This document shows, one piece after another, positions 49,708 to 61,562 of a stretch of 64,000 bases of DNA. The stretch is taken from the NCBI RefSeq assembly GCF_006345805.1, contig NC_043001.1, positions 89,404,001 to 89,468,000 of the forward strand, in the 5' to 3' direction. This DNA comes from Octopus sinensis. Taxonomy: Eukaryota. Within the stretch, counting starts at the first letter, position 1; each line of letters begins with the position of its first letter. The notes under the pieces were generated by a model that ran no database searches, was not told the origin of the DNA, and worked only from the letters and a program-made list of their open reading frames with translations. The translations under genes were made by a program, and so were the position numbers.

Positions 49708-50110
49708 AGGTGCAGGAGTGGCTGTGTGGTAAGAAGCTTGCTTCCCAACCACATGGTTCCCGGTTCAGTCCTACTGCGTGGCACCTTGGGCAAGTGTCTT
49801 CTGCTATAGCATCGGGCTGACCAAAGCTTTGTGAGTGGATTTAGTAGACAGAAACTGAAAGAAGCTTGTCGTATATATATCTATATGTATATATATGTAT
49901 GTATGTGTTTGTTGTTTGTGTCTGTCCCCCCACCAATGCTTGACAACTGATGCTGGTGTGTCTACATCCCCGTCACTTAGCAGATCGGCAAAAAAAGAGA
50001 CCGATAGAATAAGTACTAGGCTTACAAAGAATAAGTCCTGGGGTCGATTTTATTTGACTAAAGGTGGTGCCCCAGCATGACCGCAGTCAAATGACTGAAA
50101 CAAGTAAAAG
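49708..50110 (+). mobile_element. Full-length SINE family A copy
   Basis: Same head, core and tail as the 46292 copy. Confidence 0.85.
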
Positions 50111-50267
50111 AGATATATATATATAGAGAGTTTTCGTCTAGAACTGGATACAAACCCACAAGGTTGGGCAACAGACTTCTTAACCACAGAGCCATATACA
50201 AGTAGATATATAAGAAAAATTTTAAGACAAAACAAGGAAATGTAGACAGTCAAGATTACCACTTTAC

Positions 50268-50411
50268 CTTGGCAGCCTTCACAATATTTTGATGTTCTCG
50301 TTCTTTCCACAATTTCTGTGACACATCTGCTTGGATTTTCTCCTCAGCCAAAGCTCGTCGTTCCTCAACTAATTGTGTCATTAGTCTCTTCTGTTCTTCC
50401 AAAAGATCTTT
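50268..50411 (-). CDS. FBF1: FBF1 homologue coding exon
   Basis: gatgatag acceptor, KDLLEEQKRLMTQLVEERRALAEEKIQADVSQKLWKEREHQNIVKAAK (cf. FBF1 LLEEQKSVM...EERRRLAAE), gtaaag donor. 144 nt, phase 0-0. Missed by the ORF track. Confidence 0.9.
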
Positions 50412-50819
50412 CTATCATCAATAGAACAAACATACACAGAATTAGAGCCATATTTAACACCCATAACTGCAACCAACCATCACCAACGAGGAAGCTTGTA
50501 TGCCAGAAATAGCAATTAAGTCTCACAAGCCACACCCAGTTGTCTTAAAAATGGAAAACACATCAGATAATGTAATTATATATATATATATATATATATT
50601 ATGACTGAGTAAAAGATGGTCATATTTGGAGCATCTTTGATCATACATCTGTTAGTTCAGGACTGGCCTGAGGTTAGATAATAACCACCGTCCCAATCAC
50701 CATTTTTCAAAATCACATCATCTTTTCATTTCCATCACTGCCACCATCATCATTATGACATTCATCTGTCCTCCAATCCACCACATCATACATAAATACA
50801 TATACATCTGTACACAAGT

Positions 50820-53436
50820 TAGAGACATCCTAGTTGAGAAATTTGATGAGAGAGAGGAGGAGCTACAGACTTGTGACATAGAGGGAATTCTTGAGGGACA
50901 GCTTGCTGAGTGCCACAGACCAAATGTGGTGGAATGATGCTGTACAGAGCCATTAGAGCAAAGAAACAGGCCTAAAAGAGTAGGGGTAACAGAGAACAGT
51001 ATCAGATAGCCAGAAGGGAAGCTAGGAGACAGGTATATCTAGCCAAAATAAAAAGTTTGCCCAGCAAAAAATAAGTTTTCCAGTATTCAGAAACATGAGC
51101 ACCAAAGAACTGAAGTGTTTTGGATTGCAAGACAATGTGCGAGAGAAAATTGTGATGTCATGGGAGAGAAATGTATCCACATGGATGATGGTGCACTTGC
51201 ATCTAATGATTTTGCAAAGAAAGAGGCTTGAAAATGCCATTATGAAAAACTGCTGAATGTAAAGAGTAAATGAGAGGAGGAAAGTCTGCCAAATGTTGAC
51301 CCAATTGAGGAACCAGCTACCCGAATTGATAGTACCTTGGTAGATAAAGCAATTAAGGATGTGAAGACAAGGAAAGCCCCCAGCCCATCAGAAATCACTT
51401 CTGAGATGCTTAAAATATCTAACGGTGTGGGTTATGGTCTAGTCACTCGCATTGTAAATCAGGTGGTTCATGAAGGAGTCACACCCAATGACTGGTATAG
51501 CAGCATAGTCAACTGCTACAAAGGTAAAGGTGATGCCTTAGATAGAAATAATTATAGAGGTATTAAATTGTTGGATGAGGTGATGAAAGTTACAGAGTCA
51601 TAGCCTGACTAATTAGGGAGAGAGTTAGTCTAGATGAGATGCAGTTTGGTTTTGTGCCAGGGAGAAGCACAACTGATGCTATATTTCTGGTAAGGCAGCT
51701 GCAAGAGAAATACATAGCCAAAGATAAAACCTTTGGCAGGGTCCTCCAATCCCTTATCTGGTGGTCAATACAGAAACCAGGGATAGACAAGTGGTTGGTG
51801 AGAGCTGTACAAACCATGTACAGGGACACTATCAGTAAGGTGAGAGTTGGCAACGAGTAGTGAAGAATTCAGGGTACGAGTAGGGGTTCACCAAGGATTG
51901 GTCCTCAGCCCCCTCTTGTTCAACATTGTCCTCCAGGCAATAACAGAGGAATTTAAGATAGGCTGCCCCTGGGGGCTCCTCTATGCTGAAGACCTTGTCC
52001 TTATAGCTGAATCACTACCACAACTAGAGAAGTTTTAGGTAAGGAAGCAAGGTCTAGAATTGAAGGGCCTTAGAGTTAACCTAGCAAAAAACAAAGTCTT
52101 AGTAAGTAAGAAGGCAGAAAAATTACAAATCTCTTCAGGTAGATGGTCCTGCTTGATCTGTGGAAAAGGCGTAGGTAGAAACTCCATAAGATACACCCAA
52201 TGTAAGCTTTGGACACATAAAAGGTGCAGCAATATCAGAGGAAGGTTAAAGGGGAAAATAGCTTTTGTATGTAGAAGATGCACAAGTACAATAAACACTG
52301 AATATGCACAGAAAATAGACTCCATCAACTGCCAGGGGGATTAAGCTAGAGGTAGCAGATAGCTTCTGTTATCTAGGTGACCAAGTTAGTAGCAGAGGTG
52401 GATGCTCTGAGAGCATAGCTGTGAGAATAAGATTAGGCTGGGCAAAGTTCAGAGAGCATCTACCCCTGCTTGCAACAAAGGGCCTCTCTCTCAGATGGCA
52501 GTGAAACATGGGCTGTGACAGCTGGGAACATGCGCAGGCTTGAAAGAAATGAAGCCAGTATGCTTCACTGGATGTGCATGTCTGTCAGAATGCAAGCATC
52601 TTGAAAAAAAAGTTGGGAATAAGAGGCATCAGATGTGGTGTGCAAGAGAGTTGACTGCACTGGTATAGTCATGTGATGCATATGGATGAGGACAGCTGTG
52701 TAAAGAAGTGCCAATCTCTAACTGTGGAGGGAACCTGTGGTAGAGGTAGACTCAGGAAGATATGGAACGAGGTAGTGAAGCATCATCTTTGAAGTTTGGG
52801 CTTCATGGAGGCAATGACTAGCAACCAAGACCTTTGGCGATGTGCTGTGCTTAAGAGGATCTGTCAAGGCAAGTGAAATCATAGTCGTGGCTGATGCTGG
52901 TATCATGTTACTGGCACTGTGCCAGTGGCACGTAAAAAACACCTTTTGAGCACTGGGCTTCACAGAGTGGCCGAGTTCCTTTCAAGTGTTTTGCCACACA
53001 GAGGCAACAACCAAGACATTATGTCATGCTTGAAAAGAAGACCCATAAAGAGCACCTTATGTCATGCTTGAGAAGAAGACCTGTAAAAAGTACCTTTCGA
53101 GCGTTGGGCCTCACAAAGGCAAAGTGGCTGAGCTTCTTTCGAGTTTGGCCTCACGGAGGCAATGACCGAGACCTTTGGATTGTCAAGCTTGAGAAGAAGA
53201 CCCATCAAGCCGAGCAAAACCGCAGTCATGGCAGATACTAGTGTCATGCATCCATGCCAGTGGCATGTAAAAGCACTCATTATGCTCTCGGAGTGGTTGA
53301 CATTAGGAAGGGCATCCAACCATAGAAGCCATGCCAAATCAGACTGGAGTCTGGTGCAGCCTTCCAGCTAGCCAACCCTGGTCAAACCATCCAATCCACA
53401 ATGCCAGCATGGACAATGGACGTTAAATGATGATGA
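50820..53436 (+). mobile_element. RTE LINE copy 3 (old, many lesions), antisense within an FBF1 intron
   Basis: Fragmented ORFs 51337..52344 homologous to copy 1, (TGA)n tail, perfect 11-bp TSD TGTACACAAGT at 50809-50819 and 53437-53447. Confidence 0.93.
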
Positions 53437-54210
53437 TGTACACAAGTACATATATACATGCTGCTTTGTTATATTTCAGATTTGTCAAATAGTTAAAGTA
53501 CATATATATTAACTATTTGACAAATCTGAAATATAACAAAGCAGCATCTTTCAAACATTATTTGGCTTTTTTGAGTTCATATTCTGCTGGGGTTAACTTT
53601 GACCCTTATCCATTCAGGACTAATAAGCTCAGCACTGGTGTCAATGTAATTGACTTACCATTTGCCTTTAAAATTGCTGACCTTGTGCCTAAAATTGAAA
53701 CCATGGTGAGCTGGCAGAAGCATTTGCATTCTGACCAAAATGGTTAGTGGCATTTTGTCTGTCTTTATGTTCTGAGTTCAAATTCTCTCAAGGTTGAGTT
53801 TGCCTTTGATACTTTTGAGATCAATGAAATAAATACCAGTCAAGCAATGGAGTTGATGTAATCGACTAGCTCCTTCCCCAAAATTTCAGACCTTGTGTCT
53901 ATGATAGAAAAAAATTATTATTATTATTATCATCATCATAAAAGGTGATGAACTATTAGACAAAATATCTTTTAGTATTTAGTTACATTAAAGAATTCAA
54001 ATCCTGTCAAAGTTAATTTTGTTTCTTATTCTTCTGGGGTCAATAGAACAAGTTCCAGTCAAATCCTGGGTTTAATTTAACTAACTGTATACACTTTATC
54101 CCAAATTTTGTGGCCTTGTGTCTATGTTAAGAACCAATATTTTCACCACATTTCACTACAATATATGTGTCTGTTGATTGACATACAACTAATTAAAAAC
54201 GTGTACTTAC

Positions 54211-54592
54211 CCTGCATTTATCAAGACCAGCCTTCTCTCTGGCCTGCTCTTCTTCCCACAACCGTTTCTCAGCCTCAACAGACACCTGCAATGCCTGGTA
54301 CTTGTTCACCTCTTGCTTCACTTTCCATTTCTCGTCCTCCAACAGCTGGGTCTGACTGTGAAGTTGACACTCCAGTCTTTCAATCAGGCCCTCCAGTCGT
54401 AGTCTCTCACGTCCATTTTCTTCCTGCTGCCTGTTCAACCTTACTTGCAACATCTTCAGCTGTTCATCACGGTTGCGCATTGACACTTCTCTCTCATCCA
54501 GCCCTTGACTCTGCCATCTGTCTAACTTCTGTTGAAACTGACCAAGTTCTTCAGCATTTGTATTCATTTTCTCCATCACAATATTTAGAGAT
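54211..54592 (-). CDS. FBF1: FBF1 homologue coding exon (coiled coil)
   Basis: ctttatag acceptor, RSLNIVMEKM...EREVSMRNRDEQLKMLQVRLNRQQEE...LLEDEKWKV resembles FBF1 RSLNSIIHQMEK...RQRDEQLRALQERL...LLEQERWRV (from memory), gtaagt donor, phase 2-0. Confidence 0.92.
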
Positions 54593-55432
54593 CTATAAAG
54601 ATAATAGTGGATAATCTGAAGCACACGTGATGCCAGTTGATGGTAATTAGGCCTGGCCCTATGATGGTAGCTAAGGTAGAAGTAAGAGACAAAGATATGT
54701 AATAGTAGAGGCTGGTAGCTACAATAGAAGTAGATGATGGTGTTATAGACTTATAACAGAAATGGACAGTAATAAGAGTAAAAGTTGGTGAAGGTGTTTC
54801 AGACATGTGATGGTAGTAAGAGTAAAGAAAGATAAAAGTAATATGGTCGTATGGTAGTAGAATATAATATAATAGAGAAAGGTGCAAACATGTGATGATA
54901 TCTACAGTAGAGGTGATAGTGGTATGGCCTGTAATGATTGTAAGAGTATAGGCAGGTGTAGGCAAAAGATGGTAGAGCATGATAAGTAAAGTAGAAGTTG
55001 GTTATGGCGTTATGGCCACATGATATTAGTGAATGGTACCTACAGCAGAGGAAATTGATCGTAGCATGGTTGTGTGATGGTAGTAGATGTAGAAGTTATG
55101 TTGAGGTTATGTGATGAAGTATAGTTATATAATAGTTGAATAAGAGTCCAAATTTTTGAGAGAGACAGAGACAGAGGAATTCTGACAGGATTCATCATCA
55201 TCATCATTATCATCAACACTGTTTGTTTTCTATGTTGGCATGAATTGGACAGTTTTACCAGAGATGGTCAGCCAGAGAGCTGCACCAGGCTTCAGTCATC
55301 TGTTTTGGCTTGGTTTCTACAGCTGGATGCCTTTCCTAATGCCAACCACTTTACATAGTGTACTGGGTGTCTATTATGTGACAAAGGCAATGATGTTAAA
55401 GAAATATAAGAGATTTTCATGGGCCATCTTAC

Positions 55433-55747
55433 CTGTTTGTTGACTGGAAATTGTTAATTGCTTCCAATTCTTGAAGCTTTGCTTCCTTCACTCTGTTGAT
55501 TGTCTCAGTAAAATCTTGCCTTTCCTGCTGCAAAGTTAGACGATGGGCTTCACGTAGTTGCTGCATCTCGGCAGCTTTCCCTTCTTCAAATACTGCCAGT
55601 GCTGCATAATGACGTTGTATCAAAGCAGATTTCTCATCTTCAAGGCGACAGATTTTTTCAAGATTTTGTTTGAGGAGTTCTTCATTTTCTTTCCTCAATC
55701 TAACCTCTCTTTCCTGCTGGGTATCCTCCATCAACTGAAATCTGGAT
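55433..55747 (-). CDS. FBF1: FBF1 homologue coding exon (coiled coil)
   Basis: cctttccag acceptor, SRFQLMEDTQQEREVRLRKENEELLKQ... resembles human FBF1 QQREERLRRENEEL (from memory), gtaaga donor, phase 2-2. Confidence 0.9.
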
Positions 55748-56139
55748 CTGGAAAGGAATAAAAATGCTTCTAAATATCTCCAGTTGTCCTTTGGTTGAGT
55801 ATGTTACATTTCTTTAACATTTTAAGAGCAAAGAGACAAAGATGGAAGGTGGAGACAGGCAGATAATAATCAGAGGGAGAACAAGAAAGACAGAAAAACT
55901 AAGAGAGACGGGGAGACATACATATACACACAGGCAACCATCAGAGAAAGAGAGGAGAGAAGAGGAGGGGGGAGAGGAGAGAAGAGGAGAAAGAGAGGAG
56001 AGGAAGATGGGAAAGAGAGGAGAGGGTTGAAAGAGAAAAGAGAGGTGAGAGAAACTGAGAAAGATAAGCACATGAAAACGGGGAGAAAGAATGAAAATGA
56101 AAAAGAAAAAGAGACAGAACATCTAACAAGAATGGAAAG

Positions 56140-56188
<49 letters not shown>

Positions 56189-56207
56189 GTCAGTGTGTGT
56201 AACTCAC

Positions 56208-56308
56208 TTATATGATTGTTCAACAGCTTTTATCTCTTCATTGCATCGTTTCTGGATAGTTTCATTTAACATAGTCAAATGTTCCTTCTCTATTTGAAGA
56301 CGGTGTAT
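56208..56308 (-). CDS. FBF1: FBF1 homologue coding exon (start of coiled coil)
   Basis: ctcaatag acceptor, IHRLQIEKEHLTMLNETIQKRCNEEIKAVEQSY, gtgagt donor. 101 nt, phase 0-2. Missed by the ORF track. Confidence 0.85.
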
Positions 56309-57212
56309 CTATTGAGATACATAAACACAGAAGATAGAAGCAGACCACACTGGGGGTACACAGAATATATATAGGAGGTTACACAGGGGTGCAGAAATAT
56401 GGTACAGTGAATAGAGGTGATATTGGGAAACAGTATTTAACCCTTTATCATCATTTTTCTGTTGAAATATGGAATATATCTCTAACAACATGACTAATAC
56501 TAAATAAAAGAATTTGTACAAATAAATAATCATCTCGTCTCTGAATATAATTATATATTATAAGAACCCTGATGCACCCACTTTTTAAGACCTGTCTATT
56601 ACAGGGTACAACAAGAACACCAGATTGCCTTTCGTTACCATATTTATGCTGAAATAAAATACCTTTGTTTCAGTTTTCAAAATAACGAAGAATTTAGTAA
56701 AATAGGCAGCAAGCTGGCAAAATTGTTGGCATGCTGGATGAAATGCTTAGTGGTATTTCGCCCATCACTACGTTCTGAGTTCAAATTCCACCGAGGTCAA
56801 CTTTGCCTTTCATCCTTGCGGAATTGATTAAATAAGTACCAGTTACAGACTGGGGTCAATGTAGTCGAATAGTCTCCTCCTCCCCAAATTTCAGGCTTTG
56901 TGCCTATAGTAAAAAGGATTATTAAGCTGGTGCTTGGAATAAATGAACATGAAATTTTGAAGAAAGATTTTAATGTAGATCATTTTAAAACAGGAATTTT
57001 GAATCATAGAACAAGTAATGATCAGTGGGTTGGTGTCATAAGAGTTATGTGCCTGTTTTTCCATGCATAAACAAGTGCATCTGCATGTAGGAGTTGTATA
57101 TGTAAACGCAAATATGTACTGCATGTATAATTGATTGCATGTATAATGTATAATCAACCATGTAATATGTGTGCAAGTATAAAAGTAAACACATCCCACA
57201 CACATGCATTAC

Positions 57213-57482
57213 CTTAATCTCAGCTTCGGCTAGTGTGGCTAAGGAACCATCTAAGGGTCCCTTAGTAATGTTTGGCACAATGTGAAAACTAGGTTTTGGA
57301 GCATTTAGTTCTGTAAGAACCTGCATACTTTGTTGCTTGAAATCTTGTGAGGTATTTTGGTTATCAGCAGTTTGATAAGTACTGTAGCTGTCCCTGCGCT
57401 TAGGTCGGTCCTCTTTAGTGACATGTGGGGGTTTCACTGCTGGCTCAGCTGATGCGGATGCTGCTAACTTTGGAGATTTCAC
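57213..57482 (-). CDS. FBF1: FBF1 homologue coding exon
   Basis: ttttaacag acceptor, VKSPKLAASAS...LATLAEAEIK, gtaatg donor. 270 nt, phase 0-0. Confidence 0.85.
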
Positions 57483-58037
57483 CTGTTAAAAGAAAATCAA
57501 TTATATACATATAGTCCTACCCATGCCAGCATGGAAGTTGATGTTAAGCAATGATGACGATGATGAGATATACATATATATATCACTTTTAAGTTTATCT
57601 CTTCACAAATTTTCTATAGACTGAAAGTTATGACATTTTATATACGAATACATCTATGTAAACAATGTAATTGGAGATAGAAAAAGAGGTAATGGGTGTA
57701 TATGCACATTTCAGGAATTATTGCCTTTTTATCAGCACCACATCCATTGCTTAAATACCCACTAAACTTAGCAGTGTAAAACTACTGGATAAACTAATTT
57801 ACATATTAAATACATTCCTGACAAATGGTACATATATATTAATTGAAGGAAGAGACACTGTATTTTGTTAGGCAACCATAATATACAAACAAGGATATTA
57901 AAGGTTTATAAGTCAATAATGTGTCCTACTTTTGTGTTAGCAGTGTAATACAATAACTTTTAAGACTGCATATACATATATATACGTACACACACACATC
58001 TATGTACACATATATACACACACATATGTATATACAT

Positions 58038-58186
58038 CACCAGTCTCCAATCTTGATTTATCTGTAGAAACTCTGCCAAATCAAGATTGGAGACTGGTGC
58101 AACCATCTGGTTCGCCAGCCCTCAGTCAAAATCATCCAACCCATGCTAGCGTGGAAAGCAGACATTAAACGATGATGATGATGATA
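58038..58186 (+). mobile_element. Short RTE 3'-tail insertion with a 5' inversion
   Basis: Family terminal sequence plus (TGA)n, preceded by a perfect 22-bp reverse complement (58038-58059) of its own bases 58078-58099. Confidence 0.75.
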
Positions 58187-58269
58187 CATATACACACACA
58201 TGTATATATACATACATACACACACATACATACCATACACACATACGTATGTATGTACATACATACATA

Positions 58270-58693
58270 CAGGGTGCAGTGAAAATGTGTTCTAAATTAC
58301 ACAAAAATGAAAATAACACTGACATCTCATTTTAACAGATATATTTACCAAAATTACATTAAAATTTCTTGAAATACTAAAGATTAAATTTATTCAATAA
58401 AATCAACATTGGCTTCAACCACGGCCTCCATATGACTTTAGAATCTCCTGCAACTCTTCTGGACGGTCTCCTTGTTGGTGAATGTTGCCATAATCCATGC
58501 CTTCAGTTCATCTTTAGTGTTACAAGGAGTTTTGTTGGTCTCTTGTTCAACTGCACCCCAACACATAATAATCAAGAGGGTTGCAGTCTGGGGAGTTAGG
58601 TGGCCAGATGTTAGGGGTGATGTGGTTGCAGAAATTGTCTGAGAGCCATGACTAGGTTCTCCTGCTTGTGTAGCATAGTGCAGAGTCCTGTTG
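58270..58693 (-). mobile_element. maT-type (DD37D) Tc1/mariner transposase 3' relic with one TIR
   Basis: - strand QQDSALCYTSRRT*SWLSDNFCNHITPNIWPPNSPDCNPLDYYVWG has exactly 37 residues between the two Asp. TA-CAGGGTG end at 58268-58276. Confidence 0.88.
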
Positions 58694-59039
58694 TCACTTG
58701 ATGTAAGCCTCTGTGTTAAATCTGAGGCTATGTGGGAAGATGAATGGAGGCATAACATCATCACTAGTGATCACTCTAAACACCATGATGCTGACTGGAT
58801 GTTTGATTTTCATCACTCTTGGTACATGTTTTGGGGACATGGCAAGCCAATGGTTGTTCTGTGTGTTCACCATCTGTTTGTATTGGAGCTTCCAGCGTGA
58901 ATGTCAAGCAGTACAGCATGTTATTTCCAAATTTCTGGCAGAGTGAATTATGTCATGGTGCTGTTTTTCTCACAAACGGTGCCCAACTGACCCTACTATA
59001 CTGCAGACAGATATATTGACAGATATTAATCAAGTTTCT

Positions 59040-59420
59040 TCTATATCTTTGCCCTTTGGAATCTGATTCTGAAGGAATGTTTTTGTGAACTAGCATGTCT
59101 TTTAAGTCCAGATACTGTCTTACAAGTTTTGTGACATATAACACAAGTCCTAAGAGTCAGTTGGTGTCCAAGATCATTACCTACCCGGGCATTTCGATTT
59201 TCATGTGACTTCATATGATACACATATCCTGCTTTTGATAACAGAACATGATCATATATAATAGCCCTATTAAGCTCAGAGTGCTGAATCCTCTTTTCCT
59301 CCAAGGCATTGCAACCAGTCCTAACAGCACCTCTCCATTTGTTCCGATCTAGAACATCATTTTCCCAATCACTTTTGTTCATATCTAGTTTCTTCAGGTT
59401 TTCCTTCACAGTCTTTATAC
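59040..59420 (-). mobile_element. C-terminal fragment of a BovB/RTE-like LINE ORF2 with C2H2-type zinc-finger remnants
   Basis: YKD(T)[29 protein letters not shown]...[13 protein letters not shown]...[17 protein letters not shown], typical of RTE C-termini ending in zinc fingers. A different family from copies 1-3. Confidence 0.7.
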
Positions 59421-59490
59421 ATGCATACATACTCACACATATATACACACACACATATATATACATACATACATATAAACATACATATAT

Positions 59491-59538
<48 letters not shown>

Positions 59539-59835
59539 TATATATATATACACACACATATATATATATATATACACACACATATATATATATATATACA
59601 CACACATATATATATATATACACACACATATATATATATATATACACACACATATATATATATATATACACACACATATATATATATATACACACACATA
59701 TATATATATATACACACACAATATATATATATATATATATATATGTACAGACATATACACACATATACATACACACATACACATGTACATGCACACATAC
59801 ATACACACACATAAACACATACACTCACACACACG
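59421..59835. repeat. Compound (TA)n/(CA)n microsatellite with ~20-22-bp higher-order period
   Basis: About nine repeats of (TA)6-7(CA)4 between about 59520 and 59720, inside a longer TA/CA tract. Confidence 0.95.
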
Positions 59836-60967
59836 AAGCCTGGTTCAGCCTTCTGGCTTGCCAGACCTCAGTCAAACCATCCAACTCATACCAGCATGGA
59901 AAGCGAATGTTAAATGACAATGATGATCATGATGATGATATAGTTGAAGGAGTCCATACAAATCAAAAAATATGGTTAAAAATGTAAATAAATTTGGAAA
60001 AAGCACAAAAGTATATTTTAGAGACTGTTTAATATTTTTGTTACAGCAAGTGATTTAAAATATAACTGGTTTCGATGTGCTTATCTTATCAAATATTAAA
60101 AAGACTTTTTTAGGAAGTCAAAAAGAAAAAAAAATTAGGGGTTAACAGTTTGTACCATAAAATCATTAAATATACAAGAGATAGATCTTGCTCTGGACAG
60201 GTTACTAGGAGAAACTGAATCCCATATTACAAGCTTACAAATCACTTGTATCTGCTGCTGTTTCCTACAGGAATGGTTTATACTAGCCAACAGTATATAT
60301 TTATGACTATGACAACCCTGTAGGAGATACTTAGAGCTAGGTCAAGTGAACTTTTCAGAGCTTAATGCCTTGGCAACAGACACAAGCTGATGGCAACAAG
60401 ATATCATTATTGTGTTTGTATTCAGTTACCAATACAGTTTATCATTTGTCCCAGTATGCCATCAACTCAACCATCTAAACTCAGTGCAATAATAAAAGCT
60501 TTGTTCAGCCTCAGTTTAACATCCACTTTCCCATGATAGCATGGGTCAGAAGGAATTCATTGAAGCTAATTTTCTATTGTCTGGTGCTGTTCCTGTTGCT
60601 AACTAAACCAGTTTGCAAGCAAGATAATATTTCACCATTACCAGACACGTTTCCACATAAGGTTGGATGCAAATAACACCACTTGTGTGGTGGTGATGCT
60701 CACTTACAATTAACATGTGATGTTAAGAGAAGGACACATTAACTCTGACACACACACATATACAATGAGCTTCTTTTAGTTTCCTTCTACCAAATCTACT
60801 CACTCACAAGGCATTGGTTGGCCTGGGGGGGGGTGGATATAATAGAAGACATTTGTTCAAAGTGCCATACAGTAGGACTGAACACAAAATCACACAGTTG
60901 GGAAGCAAGCTTCTCAACTACACAGTCATAACCCACGCCTATATTTATAAAATAACCAAGCATTTAC

Positions 60968-61562
60968 CGTTATTTCCTCAGGTTTTTCTTGGACTGTATT
61001 ATGTTGAAAAAAAAAGGGTTCAGATTTTGATAAGGCACTTGATTTCTCCAGGCCCCCACTTGGTTGAATGGTTGGTTCTGATTTAGTTAAAACACTCGAT
61101 TTTCCTTGGACGGCACTTGCTTTTGGGGTGATGTTAAATTCAAAACTTTCATCAGACTTCGATTTTTCAACTTTCCCAGGGGTTTCTGTCTTAAGTGGAA
61201 GAACATCTTTAAGAGTCAAACTTGGTTTAGCTGGGTGAGAGATCTCGGTTTTGAGCGATTCATTTAATTCAGTATCAGTTGTGGACTTCTTAATTCCTAA
61301 CCAGTCATCATCATCATCATCATCATCTAAAACAATTTCTTTACTCTTCTTTTCTTCTACTGTTGGTTTCGTTGTCTTCTTTGTTTCGTGAGATGTGGAA
61401 GATTTTACTGAGCTCTTTTCTTTACTTATTCCCATTAACCAATCAAAGGTATCATCATCATCATCGTTAATATCATCCAGAGATGTCTTTAGAAAGGACC
61501 CTCTTCGTTTGGATGAATTATCTGACAACAGGGAAGATTTACTTTCACTTTTATCAAGCACT
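60968..61562 (-). CDS. FBF1: FBF1 homologue coding exon (low-complexity Ser/Lys/Asp region with DDWL motifs)
   Basis: Lies in ORF 60926..61561. tgatag acceptor, gtaaat donor, 595 nt, phase 2-0, consistent with both neighbouring exons. Confidence 0.85.

Noticed and set aside
55814-56223. Glu/Arg-rich and Ser/Leu-rich ORFs
   Set aside because: Purine-rich and (GA)n intronic tract between two FBF1 exons whose phases already join correctly.
59309-59987. Long ORFs of 133-263 aa
   Set aside because: Stop-free microsatellite. Only the part below about 59420 has real (LINE) coding ancestry.
61300-61475. (GAT)n poly-Asp tracts in the FBF1 exon as captured RTE (TGA)n tails
   Set aside because: No RTE terminal sequence adjoins them. 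They are ordinary coding microsatellites next to DDWL-type motifs.
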